DNA of 24,000 nucleotides from Patescibacteria group bacterium (GCA_022560785.1 JADFSL010000003.1:6738-30737), one strand, 5' to 3'; positions 14,808 to 22,485 are shown, counted from the stretch's first letter. Made by a program: numbers and translations. Notes: generated by a model not told the origin, from the letters alone.

Positions 14808-14861
14808 GGGAACCTCCTTGCTGGTTATAATCTGTTAAAATCAAAACATTTATTTTTTATA

Positions 14862-14889
14862 TTGTCAATTACATCAGAAGTAGTATAAT
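14862..14889 (+). promoter_or_regulatory. Sigma70-like promoter, leaderless configuration
   Basis: TTGTCA (14862-14867), 16 nt spacer, TATAAT (14884-14889). ATG at 14897, only 7 nt downstream. Confidence 0.6.
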
Positions 14890-14896
14890 CGCTCTA

Positions 14897-15448
14897 ATGC
14901 TCTACACACGGAAAGGTGATTATGGAAAAACAGGCACATTCGGTAGTGAAAAGAGAATCTCAAAAAGTTCTGTACTTTTGGAAGCCCTAGGAACGATGGA
15001 CGAGATGAATTCATTCTTGGGTTTATGCAAAGTGTCCACAAAAGAATCCGGATTCAAACTCGGCAGGACACCACTCCACGAGATAGTGCACGCAGTTCAG
15101 AAAAATCTGTTCATTATTCAAGCAGAGCTTGCTGGTGCGGATAAGACTATAGATGAGAAGAAAGTAAAAGCACTAGAGAGTATTGTGGATGCGACAGAGA
15201 AAGAACTTCAGCCTATAACAACATTCTTTATTTCAGGAGGTACTGAGCTTGCGGCGCGCTTTGATTTTGCGCGAACACTCACGCGCCGCGCTGAAAGGCG
15301 AGTCGTTGCAGTAAATGAAAATACCGAGCAGAAAATAGGCGAGCACACACTCGCATACCTCAATCGACTTTCGAGTTTATTCTATACACTAGCTAGACTT
15401 AGTAACCATCTCTCTGGTATAACTGAAGAGTCTCCGGATTATAAATAG
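14897..15448 (+). CDS. ATP:cob(I)alamin adenosyltransferase, PduO type
   Basis: N-terminal YTRKGDYGKTG..RISKSS..EALGTMDEMNSFLG and the C-terminal helical bundle (LAYLNRLSSLFYTLAR). Confidence 0.8.
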   Translation: MLYTRKGDYGKTGTFGSEKRISKSSVLLEALGTMDEMNSFLGLCKVSTKESGFKLGRTPLHEIVHAVQKNLFIIQAELAGADKTIDEKKVKALESIVDATEKELQPITTFFISGGTELAARFDFARTLTRRAERRVVAVNENTEQKIGEHTLAYLNRLSSLFYTLARLSNHLSGITEESPDYK

Positions 15449-15452
15449 ACAT

Positions 15453-15525
15453 GGTGGCTGTAGCTCAGCGGTAGAGCCCTCGGTTGTGGTCCGAGTGGTC
15501 GTCGGTTCGAATCCGATCAGCCACC
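15453..15525 (+). tRNA. tRNA-His (anticodon GUG) with encoded G-1, no encoded CCA
   Basis: G-1 plus acceptor GTGGCTG/CAGCCAC, discriminator C, anticodon arm CTCGG-TTGTGGT-CCGAG, T-arm GTCGG-TTCGAAT-CCGAT. Confidence 0.9.
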
Positions 15526-15708
15526 CAAGATAATATAAAAATAGCATGTGCCATTTTTATATTGACTCTGTGTGTAGTGTGTTCGGATTCGAACACGAAA
15601 GGGGTCTGGGAAACAGTTGTTTCCCCGTGGCGGAATTATTCAAACCGAGGGGTTTGAAAGCGCAGCGAACAAAGTGAGCGAGCAGTGAGTATTCCGATCA
15701 GCCACCCA
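15526..15708 (+). other. tRNA-His 3'-flank structured element bounded by a 16-nt direct repeat of the tRNA 3' end
   Basis: DR tccgatcagccaccca at 15512-15527 and 15693-15708. AT hairpin 15532-15563. Anti-T-arm segment 15583-15594. Hairpins 15608-15625 and 15639-15658. Core blocks are shared with the tRNA-Leu element. Confidence 0.6.
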
Positions 15709-15781
15709 GTAAAATCCAATACTAATTTATAGTGGATAAGTTTTGCGCTTTAAGAGTGCTAATTTTCTATACTATAGGCAT

Positions 15782-16171
15782 ATGGAACTAACTCTATTTC
15801 TGGCTCAACTATTTGGGCTCTACTTTATAATTATGGGAAGTGCTTTGCTTATAAAGCGAAAAACACTGGTTTTTGTCATTAACGATTTATTTAAGTACAG
15901 TGGATTTGTTTTTTTTACCGGAATCATAATTCTCATTATGGGGCTTCTTTTGGTTTTGAGCCATAATGTCTGGGAGCCGGGTCTTGCATGGATTATCACA
16001 CTACTTGCATGGGTAACGTTGGTTAAAGGAATGTTGTACATCTTCTTACCTCAAGCTGTACTTGCAAAAATTGGGAAACGATTCAGCAAGAATGGCTGGT
16101 ATCCATTGGCAGGGATTATCGCTATTGCTATGGGTATATACTTTATTTCACAAGGATTTGACCTTTTCTAA
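15782..16171 (+). CDS. Hypothetical 4-TM membrane protein
   Basis: ATG at 15782 (MELTLFLAQLFGLYFIIMG..). TATACT -10 at 15768-15773. The ORF-track start at 15743 is a TTG. Confidence 0.55.
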   Translation: MELTLFLAQLFGLYFIIMGSALLIKRKTLVFVINDLFKYSGFVFFTGIIILIMGLLLVLSHNVWEPGLAWIITLLAWVTLVKGMLYIFLPQAVLAKIGKRFSKNGWYPLAGIIAIAMGIYFISQGFDLF

Positions 16172-16284
16172 AAATCATTGCATAAGTTTATAAAAAAGTG
16201 CAATTTCCAAAACCCTTGCCTTTTTTAAGAATATAGTATTAAATTACATGCACTTATTATTACTAGAGATATGTATATTTAGGT

Positions 16285-16845
16285 ATGAACAAAACAGTAC
16301 TTACATTAGTCGTTATCGCAGTAGCCCTCCTTGGGGGATACTACGTATTTACCACTTCTCCAGCAGGAGATGGGCAAGTCGCAAACGTTGCATCGGTTTT
16401 AACACAAGACAATGATGTATACGCCGAGGACCAGCTTGCGGGTAGTACCGTCGTGGTGCGAGGCGTAAAGTTATCAGCTCCAGGATATGTTGTTATACAT
16501 CTTGTGGCACAAGATGGTTCAGCCGGTGACATTGTGGGCAATTCTGAATTGCTATCAGAAGGAATCACCGAAAATGTATCAGTGAACCTTGCTGGAGTTT
16601 CAGAAGTTGGTGACGCATTTGTCGCTATGCTCCATTCAGACAATGGTGACGGGGTATTTAATACAGAAGAAGACGCACCGACAGTCGATGGTACAGAAAT
16701 TGTAGTAATGCAATTTGACATCGTAGCTGAGATTGCTGAAGCAACGGAAGTTGATGAAGTAACAGATGATGGTAATGAAGTTGTGAAAGATGGTGATGTG
16801 GTGGAAGATGATAGTGTTACAGAGGAAGAAAAGACTATAGAATAA
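16285..16845 (+). CDS. Membrane-anchored, highly acidic extracytoplasmic protein of unknown function
   Basis: N-terminal TM (VLTLVVIAVALLGGYYVF), a beta-rich central domain and a D/E/V-rich tail. The antisense ORF 16341..16898 was rejected. Confidence 0.6.
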   Translation: MNKTVLTLVVIAVALLGGYYVFTTSPAGDGQVANVASVLTQDNDVYAEDQLAGSTVVVRGVKLSAPGYVVIHLVAQDGSAGDIVGNSELLSEGITENVSVNLAGVSEVGDAFVAMLHSDNGDGVFNTEEDAPTVDGTEIVVMQFDIVAEIAEATEVDEVTDDGNEVVKDGDVVEDDSVTEEEKTIE

Positions 16846-16861
16846 TTCAAATACATCAAAC

Positions 16862-16891
16862 AAAAAAGAGGGGCATTAGCCCCTCTTTTTT
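16862..16891. terminator. Bidirectional intrinsic terminator between convergent genes
   Basis: A6-GAGGGGC-ATTA-GCCCCTC-T6 (stem 16868-16874 / 16879-16885). Confidence 0.8.
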
Positions 16892-16913
16892 GTTGCACGA
16901 TGAATGTGTCAAT

Positions 16914-19157
16914 TTACAGTGTGGTGAACGACTGCTCACTTGATGTTGCGGTGTTGCTCAAGCTATCTACAGATTCTACGATAAAGTGGTAGGTCGTGCT
17001 AGCGGTGAGTCCAGTAATATCAAGCGAGTGACTTACCGTTAGTATACCATCTTCCACTTTTGGTATGCTTTCACTTATTGTGAATCCTGAAGTGGTGTCA
17101 TAGTAGACCGTACTGTCTGCATTCTCATCGGTTGTCCAAGTGACAACCGTTGTGCTTGCAGTTATATTTGCTGAAGCCACACTACTGATAACTGGTGCGG
17201 TAGTATCAGGAGCTGTTGTGATGAAATGATGATCACTTGATGTTGCTGTGTTGCCTGAAGTATCGCTTGAAACAATGGTATAGAAGTAAGTTGTTCCCTC
17301 AAGTAGTCCAGAGAGCTCTATACTATGGCTCTGTGTCATGGAAGTGTTGCTGACAAAGTCTGTCTCACTGTCGCTAGTGTTGACTGGATCGGTGGTACTG
17401 CTGTAATAAACGATAGAGTCGGCATCCTCATCGGTCGTCCAAGTAATTGTCGCTGAGGTGTGGCTGTCGACCGTCTCATTTACATTACTTATAACTGGGT
17501 TTGTTGTGTCTGGTGTGGGCGGTTTGGTTGTAAATGTAAACTCATTTGACGTTGTTGCATTCCCAGACGGGTCTTCAGACAAGACGATAAAGTAGTATGT
17601 AGTTTCAGCTATCAGTCCGGCAATTATTAGTGAGTGGCTTGTTTCATAATTTGCAGAGTGCACTGATGAATCGGAAGTACTGACTCCAGAGGTCGTGTCG
17701 TAGTGAACTGTACTGTCTGAAATCTCATCAGTGTCCCATGTTATGGTTGCAGTAGTTTGAGTTGTGCTCGATGCAACATTACTGACTGTCGGTGCTGTAG
17801 TATCACCCTCTGGGGCAGTAGTGAACGAGTGAACACTTGATGTGGTTTTATTTCCAGATGGGTCTTTTGATGAAACTTCGTAGAAATACTCTGTTTCAGC
17901 AAGAAGCTCTGTTAGGTTAATACTATGTGATGTTACATCATTTGTGTTTGATACTGTTTGCGGGTCAAATGCATCATCTATAGGTGTTGAAGTAGCGTAC
18001 TCTACTTTACTATCAGCGTTTTCATCAGTAGTCCAAGTAATAGTTGCAGTTGTGTCTCCCGTTACATCACTTCCAATTGATGAAAGTACTGGATCAGTTT
18101 CATCTGGAGCGTCGTCATCTGCACTATCATCCGCACATGCACCTAACACATCCCCATGAGACAAGTGTGCTCGCGCTACAGAACTACCTACTTTTATGGT
18201 TTGCTCGTTATCTGTATTGCCAGGAGGGACATGACAGAGAGTAATCTTTCCTTTCTTTCCATCTTTTTTACCCTTTTTATTCTTCAACTCAAATTTAAAT
18301 TTGATCTCTCCATCCTCCTTCTGTTCAAATTTAAATTCAGTCTTAAGCTCGTTTTCACCATCTTTTTTCTCTGTTTTTAGTTCAATCTTTATTTTTCCCT
18401 CTTCTTCTCCTTCTTCCTGTTCAAATTTGAACTTGGATTTAAGCCCATCGCTTGAAGCAATTATCTTAATACTAACTTTTTCTTCATCATCTTTAATTGT
18501 GATCTTGAGTTCATCAAGGTTGTTCATATAATCCACAGCAAGCGTTGTCAAATCACTGATAATGTCATCAATGATAAAGAGAGCGATTTCATTCCCCTCA
18601 TCTACAAGGATGATGCGTGTGTTTTCCAGATAGCCAAGAGCCACCGTTAGCGCTTCATTTGCTTTGTCTATATCGCCCGCATCGAATACGTGTCCAGCAA
18701 GTGGCGCACTTTGTGCTGTTTCAAGATTTGTTTCCGTTATTGAGTTATTATAGAAGTTACTTGTGCCGGTGACAGCAGCAAGTGTAATCCTTGCCTCATT
18801 TAACCGCTCCTCGGCAAACCTGAGACGCAAGGTGCTTTTTTTATTTCTCTTTGTAAATACAAGTTGCATTTTCTCCGATATAATATCAATAGGAAAGAGA
18901 AAGTCTCCAGGTTTTGCATCATTTGCTGTTGCAACAGTTACTGTCGAACCTCCAACAAGAGCCACTATTAAAATGGATGCAAAAGCAAACTTCCTGCTGA
19001 AAATTGAAAAGATTGATAGCTTCTTTTCGTAAGATTTTGTTTCTATATCACGCATAATTTTAGACCACAAAACACCTTTCTCTGAATCCGAGAGTTTTAC
19101 AGGCTTTATTTTTTCCAGTTTTTTCTCAATATCATTAGATGGTGTTTCCATGTTCAT
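16914..19157 (-). CDS. Anti-sigma-like transmembrane protein: DUF5667-like domain, K/E-rich repeat region, CHxPPGN..HGD..G.C motif and 4 tandem FN3-like domains
   Basis: Start ATG at 19157 (or 19151) overlaps the sigma gene stop. TM FAFASILIVALVGGSTVTV. Four repeats of about 95 aa (TATITWTTDE.ADS.V.Y....SHS..L.GL...T.Y.F.V.S.D.SGN). Confidence 0.7.
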   Translation of the reverse strand: MNMETPSNDIEKKLEKIKPVKLSDSEKGVLWSKIMRDIETKSYEKKLSIFSIFSRKFAFASILIVALVGGSTVTVATANDAKPGDFLFPIDIISEKMQLVFTKRNKKSTLRLRFAEERLNEARITLAAVTGTSNFYNNSITETNLETAQSAPLAGHVFDAGDIDKANEALTVALGYLENTRIILVDEGNEIALFIIDDIISDLTTLAVDYMNNLDELKITIKDDEEKVSIKIIASSDGLKSKFKFEQEEGEEEGKIKIELKTEKKDGENELKTEFKFEQKEDGEIKFKFELKNKKGKKDGKKGKITLCHVPPGNTDNEQTIKVGSSVARAHLSHGDVLGACADDSADDDAPDETDPVLSSIGSDVTGDTTATITWTTDENADSKVEYATSTPIDDAFDPQTVSNTNDVTSHSINLTELLAETEYFYEVSSKDPSGNKTTSSVHSFTTAPEGDTTAPTVSNVASSTTQTTATITWDTDEISDSTVHYDTTSGVSTSDSSVHSANYETSHSLIIAGLIAETTYYFIVLSEDPSGNATTSNEFTFTTKPPTPDTTNPVISNVNETVDSHTSATITWTTDEDADSIVYYSSTTDPVNTSDSETDFVSNTSMTQSHSIELSGLLEGTTYFYTIVSSDTSGNTATSSDHHFITTAPDTTAPVISSVASANITASTTVVTWTTDENADSTVYYDTTSGFTISESIPKVEDGILTVSHSLDITGLTASTTYHFIVESVDSLSNTATSSEQSFTTL

Positions 19158-19731
19158 GTAGGTTAACTCGTAATTTTTGTAATGCTCTGTGGTGGCGCAC
19201 TTTCGCTGCACTTTCTGTAATCCCCAAGACCGAAGATATTTCTCCAAAAGTCATGCCTGACCAATACCGGAGTCGAAGTAAATCCTGATACTTTTCGCCA
19301 AGCGCGCTGATATGTCTTAGAAGATAACGATGGTCTTCTTTTTCCATCTCATAACTGGGATCCAAACCGTTCTCCTCTAAAGACACTGTCTTGCGTTTTG
19401 ATTTTTTGTAATATCTAATGAGCTTTCGCTTGAGTATTGTGAAGATAAATCCGTAGAATGCCTCGTCAGACTTGTAGGAGAACTTTTGAAGTCCTATCCA
19501 CAGTTCCACGAATGTATCTTGTAGAATATCCAAAGCGTCATCTCTACCTTTGGTATGCGATAGACAATAGAGAAAGAGCCGGTCATTTAAGTGCTCAAAA
19601 ATCTCTCGGAATGCCTTCTCGCTCCCATTTCTAGCCTCTTCAATCAGAATATGCAGTTGTATACCACCTGAATTCACAGTAGCTTTCTCTATCAGTATGT
19701 AACTGTACCCAGAAAAGGTTACAAAATGCAA
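19135..19731 (-). CDS. ECF-type RNA polymerase sigma-70 family factor
   Basis: Region 2 (AFREIFEHLNDRLFLYCLSHT..DALDILQDTFVELW) and region 4 HTH (LLRLRYWSGMTFGEISSVLGITESAAKVRHHRALQKLR). The true start may be the GTG at 19677. Confidence 0.8.
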   Translation of the reverse strand: MHFVTFSGYSYILIEKATVNSGGIQLHILIEEARNGSEKAFREIFEHLNDRLFLYCLSHTKGRDDALDILQDTFVELWIGLQKFSYKSDEAFYGFIFTILKRKLIRYYKKSKRKTVSLEENGLDPSYEMEKEDHRYLLRHISALGEKYQDLLRLRYWSGMTFGEISSVLGITESAAKVRHHRALQKLRVNLHEHGNTI

Positions 19732-19743
19732 CTATACCGTTTT

Positions 19744-20511
19744 TTATATCTCAAGCAGCAAAAGTGCAAACATTAACCCTATTCCAACCAAAATCATAAA
19801 AAGTTGCAAAGACGAGCGTTTTAAATCAGAAATTTTGTGAATCTCTGGCACAAGGTCAGATCCCGAAATGTAAATAAATCCTCCAGCAGCAAAAGCGAGC
19901 ACTGCAGGAGTAAATATTTCACTGTTTCCACCAAGAACAAATGCAATTCCCACTCCAACTATTGCCAATAGAGCTGTTGCAAAATTAATAGCGAGCGCTT
20001 TCATTTTGGTAAATCCAGCATGAATTAAAAGTCCAAAGTCGCTGATTTCTTGTGGTATTTCATGCAGTATAACGGCAATAGTGGCAGCGATGCCGACCTC
20101 AATGCTTATAAGGTAACTTGCCCCGATGATGATACCGTCTACAAGATTGTGTATACCGTCTGAAATGATAACCAAAAAACCAAGTGGTTTAATATTGTCG
20201 CCAGTATGATCTTCGTTACTACCATGACCATGACAGTGATGCCACATGAGAAATTTTTCCAAAACAAGAAATGACAGAATACCTGAAATAATAAGTAGGG
20301 AAACCAGAGCTGAATTTTCTATTTTCTCAAATGCTTCTGGTATGAGGTGAATCAAAGCACCACCAAAAAGTGCACCAATTGCAAGACTCACTATTAGAAA
20401 AATACTTTTTTGGAGAAGTTCCTTCCGCAATGATAGAACCATAATTCCAATGAGTGATATAAGACTGATGATTATGACGCTTGAGAAAGCGTATAGATAT
20501 ATGGTAACCAT
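19744..20511 (-). CDS. ZIP (ZupT/GufA-like) family divalent metal transporter
   Basis: HLIPEAFE, His-rich loop HHCHGHGSNEDHTGD, HNLVDGIIIG and LHEIPQEISDFGLL motifs. The ORF extends to 20538, but the ATG at 20511 sits 6 nt after a good -10. Confidence 0.85.
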   Translation of the reverse strand: MVTIYLYAFSSVIIISLISLIGIMVLSLRKELLQKSIFLIVSLAIGALFGGALIHLIPEAFEKIENSALVSLLIISGILSFLVLEKFLMWHHCHGHGSNEDHTGDNIKPLGFLVIISDGIHNLVDGIIIGASYLISIEVGIAATIAVILHEIPQEISDFGLLIHAGFTKMKALAINFATALLAIVGVGIAFVLGGNSEIFTPAVLAFAAGGFIYISGSDLVPEIHKISDLKRSSLQLFMILVGIGLMFALLLLEI

Positions 20512-20517
20512 AGAAAA

Positions 20518-20546
20518 ATAATAGCGCACAAGTTGCATGTATACAA
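20518..20546 (-). promoter_or_regulatory. Sigma70-like promoter of the ZIP-sigma-anti-sigma operon
   Basis: On the minus strand: TTGTAT (20546-20541), 17 nt spacer, TATTAT (20523-20518). Confidence 0.5.
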
Positions 20547-20576
20547 TAAATCAGCTTCTTTGTGCAGTTTTTGCTA

Positions 20577-20585
20577 TGCTATACT
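20577..20585 (+). promoter_or_regulatory. Extended -10 element (TGcTATACT) upstream of the phosphatase gene
   Basis: TGC-TATACT at 20577-20585. ATG at 20596, 10 nt downstream. Confidence 0.45.
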
Positions 20586-20595
20586 GTAAATCATC

Positions 20596-21057
20596 ATGGA
20601 AGAAAAAAATCATCATGCGACTGAGTTTGAATATAATCAAATTACCGATGAAATTTTTATTGGCACCAATGCTTGTTGCGGAACACATTTCAGCAAGGAA
20701 CTGCTGGAAAAAAGAATAACGGCGGACATGTCTCTTGAAAAGGAGCGTGTCGACCAGCCGTTTGGTGTTGAATTTTTTTTCTGGCTCCCTACAGCGGACG
20801 AGCATTCACCGAATGAAGATCAATTTACCGTTGGCGTTGCGATTTTGGAGCAGTGTGTGGCGCTCAAACGAAAAGTATATGTACATTGCAAACACGGGCA
20901 TGGTCGGGCGCCGACGATGGTCGCCGCGTATTTTGTTGCACAAGGCGATACGGTTGAGGAGGCAATAGGTAAAATAAAAAAAAAGCGTCCAGTCGTTCAC
21001 CTAAACGAAGAACAGGTTGAGTCACTCAACCACTTCAAGGAAAATATAAAGAAGTAA
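20596..21057 (+). CDS. Dual-specificity (Cys-based) protein phosphatase
   Basis: HCx5R P-loop: VHCKHGHGRAPTMVAAY. About 150 aa, DSP-sized. Confidence 0.8.
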   Translation: MEEKNHHATEFEYNQITDEIFIGTNACCGTHFSKELLEKRITADMSLEKERVDQPFGVEFFFWLPTADEHSPNEDQFTVGVAILEQCVALKRKVYVHCKHGHGRAPTMVAAYFVAQGDTVEEAIGKIKKKRPVVHLNEEQVESLNHFKENIKK

Positions 21058-21097
21058 TCCACAGTATTTTACATTGACTCGCTGTTTCTATATGCTA

Positions 21098-21121
21098 ACA
21101 TATGAACATATGTTCATATGT
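21098..21121. promoter_or_regulatory. Perfect 24-bp palindromic operator of ArsR/SmtB type
   Basis: ACATATGAACATATGTTCATATGT equals its own reverse complement and contains TGAACA..TGTTCA half-sites. A possible promoter TTGACT (21074-21079), 16 nt spacer, TAACAT (21096-21101) overlaps it. Confidence 0.7.
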
Positions 21122-21125
21122 ACAT

Positions 21126-21416
21126 ATGCATGATATAGATAAAGTTATAAGAACCACATCTGCGTTTAAAATTCTCTCCGACCCGACCCGTTTTAAAATA
21201 TTGTGTCTGTTGCTCAAAGAAAAAGACGGAATGTGCGTCAACGAAATTGCTGATTCGGTTTGTGTTTCAAACTCTGCTGCATCACACCAGCTCTCCAAAC
21301 TTGAATCAAAAGGTGTGGTACTTTCGTTTCGGGAAGGACAGACGATCTGCTATGAGTTAAAGCACAATTCATTTACAAAAAATTTGATAAGCGTTATTGG
21401 TATATTTAAACGATAA
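21126..21416 (+). CDS. ArsR/SmtB-family winged-helix transcriptional regulator
   Basis: FKILSDPTRFKILCLLL..MCVNEIADSVCVSNSAASHQLSKLESKGVV. Start chosen at ATG 21126, just after the operator (the ORF-track start 21102 lies inside the palindrome). Confidence 0.85.
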   Translation: MHDIDKVIRTTSAFKILSDPTRFKILCLLLKEKDGMCVNEIADSVCVSNSAASHQLSKLESKGVVLSFREGQTICYELKHNSFTKNLISVIGIFKR

Positions 21417-21417
21417 T

Positions 21418-22485
21418 ATGGCAATTAAGGTATTAGTTGTAATAATCATTATTTTTGTTGCGGTGGCGACCTACTTTTTTATAAGGGGAGAATCATTTCA
21501 AATCCCAAGAGGCGACACCATTACACTTGAAGAATTTGAAGGTGTGATGTTTGGTAACGCTTCGGAAGAAAATAGTGAGATAGATAAATCAAACAGCACT
21601 ATGCCAAAATCAACACGAGAAGTATTTGTCACCGATGGCGTCAAGCATTCAATACCGCTTGATGAAATTCTCTCAGGTGGCCCGCCAAAAGACGGCATTC
21701 CGTCAATTGACAGTCCGAAGTTTATAGGCATAAAGGAGGCAGAAGGGTTTTTGAAGGACAGTAGTGTCGGTCTTGGAATTGTGTATAAAGGGACTAAACG
21801 GTTTTATCCATACCAAATTCTTGTGTGGCACGAGATAGTAAACGATACCATAGCAGATGACCCTATTGTGGTGACTTATTGTCCGCTTTGTGCAACCGGT
21901 GTCGTGTTTGAAAGAAAAATTAATGGCAAGCCTGTTGAATTTGGTGTGTCGGGCAAACTGTGGCAGTCAAATCTTCTTATGTATAACCGCTCAGATAATC
22001 CAGAGAATGAATCACTGTGGTCGCAAGTTCTCGGTGAAGCAGTTCTTGGAATATTTACCGGCTTTCGTCTTTCAATTATTCCGTCCGACACCGTACTGTA
22101 TGGTGACTGGAAGAAAAAGTATGCAGATACCGAAGTTCTTTCTCGTAACACCGGAGCAACTCGCATATACGGATCGGATCCGTACGGAGACTATTATACC
22201 GATGACACCGTCAGTTTTGGTGCGACATTCAGCGACAGCAGACTTCATCAAAAAGAAATAGTACTTGGTATTGAGGTGAATGGAAAGTTCAAGGCGTATC
22301 ATTCGCCTGCATTGACTGAGAGCACAACAACTGACACTTTTGACGGAGAACTTATTACTATAGAGAAAAGCGACATTGGAGAAGTGCGCATGTTTATAGG
22401 GGAAAACAAGACTCAATTGCCGTATATTGCAGGTTTCTGGTTCTCATGGCTTGCAGTGCATCCCAATACGGAGCTTTATAAATAA
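21418..22485 (+). CDS. DUF3179 domain-containing protein, membrane-anchored
   Basis: PKDGIPSIDSPKF, YPYQILVWHEIVND, VTYCPLCATG and GVSGKLWQSNLLMYNR motifs. ATG at 21418 is 1 nt after the ArsR stop. Confidence 0.8.
   Translation: MAIKVLVVIIIIFVAVATYFFIRGESFQIPRGDTITLEEFEGVMFGNASEENSEIDKSNSTMPKSTREVFVTDGVKHSIPLDEILSGGPPKDGIPSIDSPKFIGIKEAEGFLKDSSVGLGIVYKGTKRFYPYQILVWHEIVNDTIADDPIVVTYCPLCATGVVFERKINGKPVEFGVSGKLWQSNLLMYNRSDNPENESLWSQVLGEAVLGIFTGFRLSIIPSDTVLYGDWKKKYADTEVLSRNTGATRIYGSDPYGDYYTDDTVSFGATFSDSRLHQKEIVLGIEVNGKFKAYHSPALTESTTTDTFDGELITIEKSDIGEVRMFIGENKTQLPYIAGFWFSWLAVHPNTELYK

Noticed and set aside
13919-15708. Could the 16-17 nt direct repeats be a CRISPR array?
   Set aside because: There are only two copies per locus. 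Each repeat is the 3' end of the adjacent tRNA and differs between loci. There is no regular repeat-spacer periodicity and no cas genes.
15596-15708. tRNA-like cloverleaf hidden in the element core (TCCCCGTGGC also occurs at the 5' end of tRNA-Arg; GTGGCGG resembles the tRNA-His acceptor)
   Set aside because: No T-arm 5' strand or anticodon arm can be drawn. The putative acceptor pairing does not hold at the Leu locus. A 10-nt match is within chance for this many comparisons.
16341-16898. 185-aa Ser/Thr-rich antisense ORF (and 16636..16863) opposite the acidic secreted protein gene
   Set aside because: It runs through the bidirectional terminator at 16862-16891. It is a mirror of the GAx-rich sense codons. 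The sense ORF has a proper N-terminal anchor.
17944-18531. Plus-strand ORFs (17944..18159, 18044..18244, 18156..18380, 18301..18531) opposite the FN3/anti-sigma-like gene
   Set aside because: They are short, low-complexity and mutually overlapping. They lie antisense to a long ORF with clear domain repeats.
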